From Octopus sinensis (Eukaryota): DNA of 64,000 bases. The stretch covers positions 76,818,001 through 76,882,000 of the forward strand of contig NC_042999.1 of assembly GCF_006345805.1 (NCBI RefSeq), in the 5' to 3' direction. The notes below the pieces were generated by a model. It worked only from the letters and a program-made list of their open reading frames with translations, was not told the origin of the DNA and ran no database searches. Shown in pieces: positions 56,501 through 64,000 of the stretch (within the stretch, counting starts at the first letter, position 1; each line of letters opens with the position of its first letter). The translations under genes and the position numbers were made by a program.

Positions 56501-57431
56501 CAGAATCCACCGGATTTCAGACGTGGAGAAACTTACTCTATTTTAACGCAACAGGTTCTTCTTCTCAAATATTTTCGGTAAAGGGTGAGTTCCCAGTTAC
56601 GTATCGAAACTATAGAGTGTCTTAATGCGTGAGTTTTGCTTTTGAAAAGGATAGCTAAGCTCTCAAACTACTTTGTCCTAATCACTTTTTATGTCTCTGT
56701 TTATATATCTTGAGAATTTTTTCTACGTGGGTGTGGGCTGCTGATTCTAGGCATTGGTTGTTTTGCTGACTCACAGCGATAATGCACTGTACTGTTTTCC
56801 GGGCAGTTGCTGCCAAAACCTCAGCTGCGGTTACAGCTTCCGTTTACCTTCACTTGTTTTGTTACCTGCTTCAGGTGTGCATTCTTGTTGTTTAGGGAGA
56901 TTGCGAAATAGTTTGCCTCTATACCAGCAAATGATTTCCTGCCCATGTGGTCACCACTACCATTTACTTTGTCGACGTTGTTGTTGCTGCTGCTGCTACT
57001 GCTGTTGCTGTTGCTTTTGCTTCGGCAGCTCGTGCTGTTGTCTTCTTCTTATTCTTCTTCTTCTCTTATTTTCTTCTTCTTCTTCTTTCTGTTTTCTTCT
57101 TCTCTTTTCTTCTTATTTTCTTTTCTTTTCTTCTTCTTCTTCTTTCTTCTTCCTTATTCTTCTTCTTACAGTCAGGACTCACGCCATTAGCCACAAAGAA
57201 TAATCTCTAATTCGAGGCCTACTCTAAGCTACTAAGAATGCGTGTGGCAACTTGATGATCCACCCACCACACGCGATAGACTGGCGGTTGCACGGGAGCG
57301 AAAGCTACGTTATTATCCTCATTCCGTAAACGGTGGCTTTTAACGGGTGGAGAGCTGAACCATCCTGGGATACAGAGGTTTCGCAATCTAGACTAGGGTC
57401 TGAAAGTTTTACCACACCATGGTGGGTTACA

Positions 57432-57647
57432 CCATGGTTCCTCTGCTTTGTGGCAGAAGTAGGAAGAAAGAGTGAGAGAAAGTTGTGGTGAAAGAGTACA
57501 GCGGGGTTCAAAACCACCCCGCCGGAGCCTCATGGAACTTAGGTGTTTTTGCTCAATAAACACTCACAATGCCCGGTCTGGGAATCGAAACCGCGTTCTT
57601 ACGACCGCGAGTCCGCTGCCCTAACCACTGGGCCATTGCGCCTCCAC
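57432..57647 (-). mobile_element. tRNA-derived SINE (family 3-like)
   Basis: Minus-strand head GGAGGCGCAATGGCCCAGTGGTTAGGGCAGCGGACTCGCGG...GGTTTCGATTCCCAGACC with A and B boxes. Confidence 0.8.
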
Positions 57648-58129
57648 CGTGCTGTTGTTGCTTGTGTTGAAATTTTCATTGTTAAAAACGTTGCCCTTAC
57701 TATTACTACCATTATTATTACCGTTGCGGGTATTATTATAGATGTCATTATTGTTGTTCTTGTGCATGCACTGCTTCTTACAGCTACCCTGGATGGATGT
57801 CGTATTAGAAAGATGGGAAAGCTAATCTCCAATATTGAGATTGGTAGTGGGTATGAGTCATTCCTCCTGCTACTTCGTCACTGAATCTGATACAAGGTAT
57901 TATTGACTCCATAATTCCAGCTGAAGAACAAAAACAGATGAAAGCAGATGAATTTATTCAAAAATTGCGCCCTAAAGGACACGATTTGGTAATTCCCTTC
58001 ATCAAGCAGTTCGGTAGAATCTTCATTCAAAGTTTTAACAAAAATTCAAAACAGTAAACGAAGTGTTCTCAACAAAATTTAACAAACCTTCGGGGGCCAA
58101 ATACAATGCACAAGTACCACAAACGATAA

Positions 58130-58173
58130 CGATAATAATAATAATAAGAAGAAGAAGAAGAAGAAGAAGAAGA

Positions 58174-58222
<49 letters not shown>

Positions 58223-58251
58223 CAATGATGATGATGATGATGATGATGATG

Positions 58252-58297
<46 letters not shown>

Positions 58298-58335
58298 CGA
58301 TGATGATCATGATCAGGATCTGGATGATGACAATG
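58130..58335. repeat. Compound (AAT)/(AAG)/(ATG) microsatellite
   Basis: Directly visible. Confidence 0.95.
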
Positions 58336-58479
58336 ATAGTTTCTTTTATTTGCCTCCAGGGCGACGGATGACAGAGGCAAACAAAGCACGACTCTAAAAC
58401 AATGAGTATAAATATGCAGGTTATGCAAATAATAATTGATGATATTGATTGTGCAAGTCGTCTGATATTATCTGATACA

Positions 58480-60260
58480 GGAGGATCTCTAGTCGAGCTG
58501 GGAAAAGACGTCTCGCGAACGGAACTCATACACATTCACGATCTTTGAATCCTTGCAATGACATAACCTTAGCACGTATCTGCACATCAGAAGCCGCGGT
58601 ATGCCGAAGCCGTCATGCAGAGGATGCTGGTAGCAGACTGACCACCTGACCATTGGAACGCGTCCTTTCCACAACAAAATAAATAACAAGCGTTCCAACC
58701 TGATCGAGCCGTAGCCGGAGTAAGGTATGGCGGTTATGCTATAAACGACGACGGAGGGAATGTAAATATTCGCCACCTCTGCCACACCTTTCAGTGACGG
58801 CTTCCTCTCTGCTCATTCTTGGACAAGATTAGCCTTTACGTCACCTCATCCCAGTATTCTGTTCACTTGGAGGTCGGGACCAAACCAGCCCCGAGCACTT
58901 TAACTGGTCGATCAGTCCAGCGACCAACAACACCGCCCGACGGATTTGACCTGTCTCTTCAGGTGCCCAGTCACAAGCCTACTGACTTGTTGGCGTTAAT
59001 TTTGTCTCCTTTCGCCGACTCATTTCCTTTAAAATGGACCCGACCACCTCCACTTCGGAGGCGTCTGACACCATGACGATGACATCGTCCGTGTATTCCG
59101 ACACTGCTTTCCTGTGTCCCAGTTTAAATGGAATGTCCCTCAACTGTTCCAACTTCCGCAATAATGGCTTGAGAGTCAGAACGAATAGGAGACGTGAGAG
59201 CGGGGAAACCCTGACGAACCGAGCGTGCGATGAGAAACCATTCCAATACGTAGCCATTTACTTTGACCACCGAGCAGGTACCGCGTGTATTGCAGCGATC
59301 CATCCTATAAAAACGGGTCCGATCCTGACTGATTTCAGGACGGCTTCTAGATAACAATGGTCGATCCTCTCGAACGCCTTAGATTCAAATTGATGAGAAC
59401 GCCACCGTAGGCAGCTCTCATTCCAATTATATGCCGTATCATATAAGGTGGAGGTTATCGTGGATAGACCTGTTCTGGATCACGCATGTTTGTGCTTCTC
59501 CGACCAGACTAACGAGGACAAGTGCCAAAATCTTAAACTCTACGTTTACAGAGCTATGGACTGAAAATGTTCTAGTACGTCCTCTTTGCCGGTGTCCTTC
59601 CACACTCCAGCAAACAGCACTAGGAATTCTCTCATTCTGCTGCCATTTACAGTAGACGTCTACCAAGAGGCTACCAAATCTGGCATGAACTCATAGAATC
59701 CATGGGGTGGACCATCCAACCGGACGATTTACGACTTGTGCAACCGCTCATCACCTCCCGTATTTCTGCAGCCGTTATCGGCTTTTCGCAGAACCTTGCG
59801 TCCGCTGTCGAGAGCCGCGGCAAGCTGTCCAGGTACGTACTAAAGTCCGCTACCCGTCGCTAATCCTGTGGTTTTGGTCCTACGTCGTGTCTCCACCGTT
59901 ATGGCCCACTGGACGTTTTTAGTTCCTTCGTATTTATGCATACGGACCTTAGATCTGACATCGCAGCTTTCCTGTTTCACCCCGGAGAAATGGTCAAGGG
60001 CCATTCTCGCCGCTAGCCCGTGGGCCTTGCTATTTTTCCTAATTACCCCTTCTAGGTTGCTAATTAGTTCTCCTTCAAATCTATTTCTTTGTATTGCTAG
60101 TATTGCTAAACACTCTCTCTAAATATGACCTGAATAACTCGTTGTGGCTGCCCCATGTCCACACTGGCGCATCAGGGAAACCTAGTCGATACCTGTTATA
60201 CAGCTGAAAATTTCTGAGCAGGTTTTCGAGACTTTCGTACCATCAACCTACCGACCGGAT
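58480..60260 (-). mobile_element. Decayed Tx1/L1-clade LINE ORF2 (RT region)
   Basis: NVEFKILALVL...QTCVIQNRSIHDNLHLI, SKAFERIDHCYLEAVL, SVRQG, EYTDDV (YADD) and LERLLFILLWKG...GFGIP. Confidence 0.88.
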
Positions 60261-60707
60261 CCAAATGGTGATGATGATGATGGTGGTGGGGAGGAGGATA
60301 AAGAGTATTGAATACGGTGTTGAATGAATATATATAATAGTTGATAAATATAACTACTTTTCAATGATTTCAAATTTCATGCAAAATAGAGCATTCCGCA
60401 AATGATATAATTTTAGATGGATGGATAGGATTCAAGCGAAGACTTTATAATAAATATAAGACTCGAGAGAACGCCTTCATTCGAATGATATTCATCTGAT
60501 TCATGCTCTGCTTAGCATGAAACTTAGTCATGGAAAAGTTGTAATATTTATCTACTGCATTGTAATGTGTGTGCGTGCGTGTGTTTCTGTGCGTGTGTGT
60601 GTGTACATAACACATATATTAAGGGAGATTGCTACACTAGTGACTCAAGCGCTTCTAGCTTCATGTGCGTCCGTGCGTGCGCATGTGTGTGTATGTGTGT
60701 GTGTGTG

Positions 60708-60755
<48 letters not shown>

Positions 60756-60969
60756 GTGTGCGTGTGTGTGTGGTACAATTGAAATGCATGCACTCTATGC
60801 TGCCAGGAATAACACTATGCAATACAATGTAAACTTGATAAATAGAAAGCAGAAAGCAAAAACTAATAACGGTATGACATTGTAAAAAAAAAATGTTCAT
60901 TATACTGTGTAAGCAGTTGAGCATGAAGATACACAGAGACCAGTTTTATAAAAGTAGTGTAAAGCAATT

Positions 60970-61232
60970 TTCTTTTATTATTTTACTATTTTACTTGTTT
61001 CAGTCATTTGACTGCGGCCATGCTGGAGCACCGCCTTTAGTCGAACAAATTGACCCAATGACTTATTCTTTGTAAGCCAAGTACTTATTGTATCGGTCTC
61101 TTAAATACACCAGCATCGGTTGTCAAGCGATGGTGGGAGGACAAACACAGACACACAAATATATGCACACATACATATATTCCGTCTACCAAATCCACTT
61201 ACAAGGTTTTGGTCGGCCCGAGGCTATAGTAG
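60970..61232 (-). mobile_element. SINE family 1, head lost at the junction with the hammerhead element
   Basis: Colinear with 27643-28005 and stops abruptly at AGGCTATAGTAG. Confidence 0.85.
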
Positions 61233-61286
61233 ATTTGACGGATATTTGTCCTCATCTTGTTTGTTGTCCTGATCTTGTTTGTCGTT

Positions 61287-61332
61287 AACACAATGTTTCG
61301 GCTCATATACCCTCCAGCCTTCATCAGGTGTC
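61287..61332 (-). ncRNA. Minimal type I hammerhead ribozyme motif, left arm
   Basis: GACAC-CTGATGA-A-GGCT..AGCC-GAAA-CATT-GTGTT. Core intact; stem I is GACAC/GTGTT. Confidence 0.7.
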
Positions 61333-61632
61333 TTGGGGAAATTTCGAACCTGGGTTCTCATTCCTAAGGTATTTTTCGATGTCATTCTTCTTCTTCTTCT
61401 TCTTTCTTCTTCTTATTCTCTTCTTCTTCTTATTATTATTATTATTATTATTATATTATATTATTATTCACTGCCCGGAATCGAACTCGGAATCTTGGGT
61501 TAGTAGCTCGCACTCTTTACCACTACGCCTACGAGCATATGGCGTAGTGGTTAAGCGCGCGGGCTACTAACCCCAGATTCCGAGTTCGATTCCAGGCAGT
61601 GACATGAATAATAATAATAATAACTAATAATA

Positions 61633-61694
<62 letters not shown>

Positions 61695-61795
61695 CAATAA
61701 TAATAATAATAACAACAACAACAACAACAAACAACAACAACAACAACATCGAAAAATACCTTAGGAATGAGAACTCAGATTCGAAATTTCCCCAA

Positions 61796-61841
61796 GACAC
61801 CTGATAAAGGCTGGAGTGTATATCAACCGAAACGTTGTGTT
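61796..61841 (+). ncRNA. Minimal type I hammerhead ribozyme motif, right arm (G8A mutation)
   Basis: GACAC-CTGATAA-A-GGCTG..CAACC-GAAA-CGTT-GTGTT. The palindromic AACGTT stem III is intact. Confidence 0.6.
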
Positions 61842-61929
61842 AACAACAAACAAGATGAGGACAAATATCCATCAAATGTAAATAATGTAACTAATGTACA
61901 TAATTCCTCATCTCTTAAATATACAACTG

Positions 61930-63344
61930 TATTTACGTTTCTACCTCAGCTTTTCGATTTTTACGATATATTACATTAAAGTATACTTATTATTCCCAAT
62001 AAATTTTGTAGCAAGTGATTAATATCTAAATAATTTATAATAGAAAAAATGTTTATTTGAAAATACAAGGCGAACAAAATCAGAAAACATGATGTAAAAT
62101 TCAAGAAATCAAAATTTTGCCAGAAATGTTTATATTCCACATCAATATATTACATTTCTTTATTTTTGATGACTTTAGTACATCTCCATCCACAGGATTT
62201 GACCAATTTCTGACCACAATTTTATTCAATTCGTCCAGAACTTTTTCCCACAAAGTCGTAACATTCACAGGTCGGTGTTCCCTGATCATATTGCCAAGTA
62301 TCTTCCATAAGTTTTCAATGGGATTTAGGTCATGGATCTGAGCTGACCAACGCATCACAATAATGTTTTCAGCTTCAAACACCTTAACTATTTTAGCACT
62401 GTGATATGGAGCACTATCCTGCAGAAAGATTGGCTGACGAGTTGGCGATGACCTCATAGCTGGCACAACATGCTGCTGCAGAAAATGTTTTTGTACATGG
62501 CTGAAATCATCCCCACACCATTAAACCCCTACCTCCAAATTTCACCGATTTCTTTACGCATTCAGGAAGCAATCTACCATGAGAGCCAACCAAATTGAAC
62601 TTGCTTGCGTCACTGAAAAAGTTATGATCCGTCATAGTACTTGCTTGTTGGTAAAGACTAACCTCGCTTTTCGGTTCTTCATACTAATGAGAGGTTTCAT
62701 GGTCGTAGATCGCGCATGTAGTCCGACTTCCTTCAAACAACGAGCCACAGTCTTCCGAGACATATTCATTCTGCAGTCACGATTTACTTGGCGAAAAATT
62801 CCTGCAGCAGTATCGAAACAGTCGTTTAACGATAGCCACTGAATCAGTTTTGCCGAACACTTTTTCGTGGTCTCCCTGGTTTTCCTAATGACACAAACGA
62901 GCTTGTTTCTTCATAATGCTTCAGTATTCTTGAAGCAACACTCTTTGATCTGTCAATGTCTCTGCCGACAACAGAAATTGCCATTCTTTCTTTTTCAATG
63001 TGACAGCTCGCCTCCTTGAGGCATTCAACTTTACATTGGCTTTACATTGGTTGTTAAAATCTTCGCACTGTTAGGTTATTTTGGTTTACATTGGCCGGAG
63101 TGTTGCCAGATTTTTCCTTTTTCAAATTTACACTTTACGTTCCTTAATTTTGTCCATCTTGTATATTTCAAATAAACATTTTCTCTACTATAAATTATTT
63201 AGTTACTAAGCACTTCCTACAAAATTTATTGAGAGTAATGAACATACTTTAAAGTAGATACAGTAAAAATCCCATTCAGAAAAATGAAGTAGAAATGTAA
63301 ATATCTTTAATTAGATTTTCGTTCTCTAATTTTGACCACCTCTG
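61930..63344 (-). mobile_element. Decayed Tc1 (DD34E) transposon with long (~200-bp) TIRs; left TIR clipped
   Basis: IFLQDSAPYHSAK...WSAQIHDLNPIENLW in ORF 62101-62466. 61930-62085 mirrors ~63145-63303. The right end reads TA-CAGAGGTGGTCAAAATT on the minus strand. Confidence 0.88.
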
Positions 63345-63345
63345 T

Positions 63346-63382
<37 letters not shown>

Positions 63383-63557
63383 AAACAACTTAAAAATAAT
63401 GGTCATTATATATAATTCCTTTACTTGAGCAATCTTGGCTTTGTTTCCAGTAATCATTATAGGTAATTCAATTGGTCTATTGAGACAAATTGAACGACCT
63501 TAGAAAATCCTACTTTCGTCAGAGCCATTTTTGGACGTATAAGTATATATATAATAT

Positions 63558-63721
63558 ACGACGGGCTTTTTTCAATTTCCGTCAACTAAATCTACTTACA
63601 CGGCTCTGGTCGGCCATAAGGCTATAGTAGAAGACCCTTGTCCAGGTTCCACGCAGTGGGACTGAACCCGGACCCATGTGGTTGGGAAGCAAGCTTCTTA
63701 CCACACAGCCGCGCCTGCACC
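63558..63721 (-). mobile_element. SINE family 1, 5' half
   Basis: Matches 27933-28095. Confidence 0.85.
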
Positions 63722-64000
63722 TCTCTTTACTTCGTTTCAATCTATCTACTAAACCAATCTCTAAACTTTTTTTTTATCCACCTCATTTCTGTTCATGCTT
63801 CTCTCTTTGTCTTCATTAACATCCCACCTCTTCTTTCTCTCACTCTGCCTTTCTCTTCCCCAGTCATTTCATTACGCTATCCCTCTTCCTTTACTCTCAC
63901 AGATTCTCTTTATATTTTTCTTGCTCATTCTTTTTTTTTTTTTTTTTTTCTCTGGCATGCTTTCTCTCAAGTTCTATTTTTCATACTTTTGAATTTAACC

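Larger units (their letters stand above)
61233..61929. mobile_element. Head-to-head pair of a tRNA-headed element with microsatellite linker and hammerhead-bearing tail
   Basis: Arms 61233-61529 (minus) and 61541-61877 (plus, extending to ~61929) are diverged reverse complements around an 11-bp spacer. Each has an A box GGCGTAGTGG, a B box GAGTTCGATTCC, an (AAT/AAC/AAG)n linker and a hammerhead core. Confidence 0.85.

Noticed and set aside
61469-61602. Two divergent tRNA genes
   Set aside because: No paired acceptor stem, and each is fused to a repeat tail; they are tRNA-derived heads.

Overview
AT-rich, microsatellite-saturated animal DNA. The SINE families and repeat landscape point to an octopus (coleoid cephalopod) genome; this is an inference. 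The only host gene I can support is the first coding exon of a big brain (bib)-like aquaporin on the minus strand (~39446-40253). It appears twice, on either side of a 100-N gap, which is almost certainly a contig-overlap artefact. No downstream exon was recognisable in the 39 kb below it. The rest is decayed mobile DNA: three tRNA-derived SINE families; CR1-like, R4/Dong, Tx1/L1-like and Penelope-like retroelements; mariner/Tc1/pogo/hAT relics; and an intact 400-bp non-autonomous Helitron. The most unusual signal is three unrelated short non-coding elements at 53.5-54.9 kb and 61.2-61.9 kb. Each carries a type I hammerhead-ribozyme core with a palindromic stem III and sits in an inverted or tandem-plus-inverted arrangement typical of Penelope-like elements and retrozymes. 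One of them fuses a tRNA-derived Pol III head to a hammerhead tail, a candidate Penelope-mobilised ribozyme SINE. Most ORFs in the supplied track are microsatellite artefacts.
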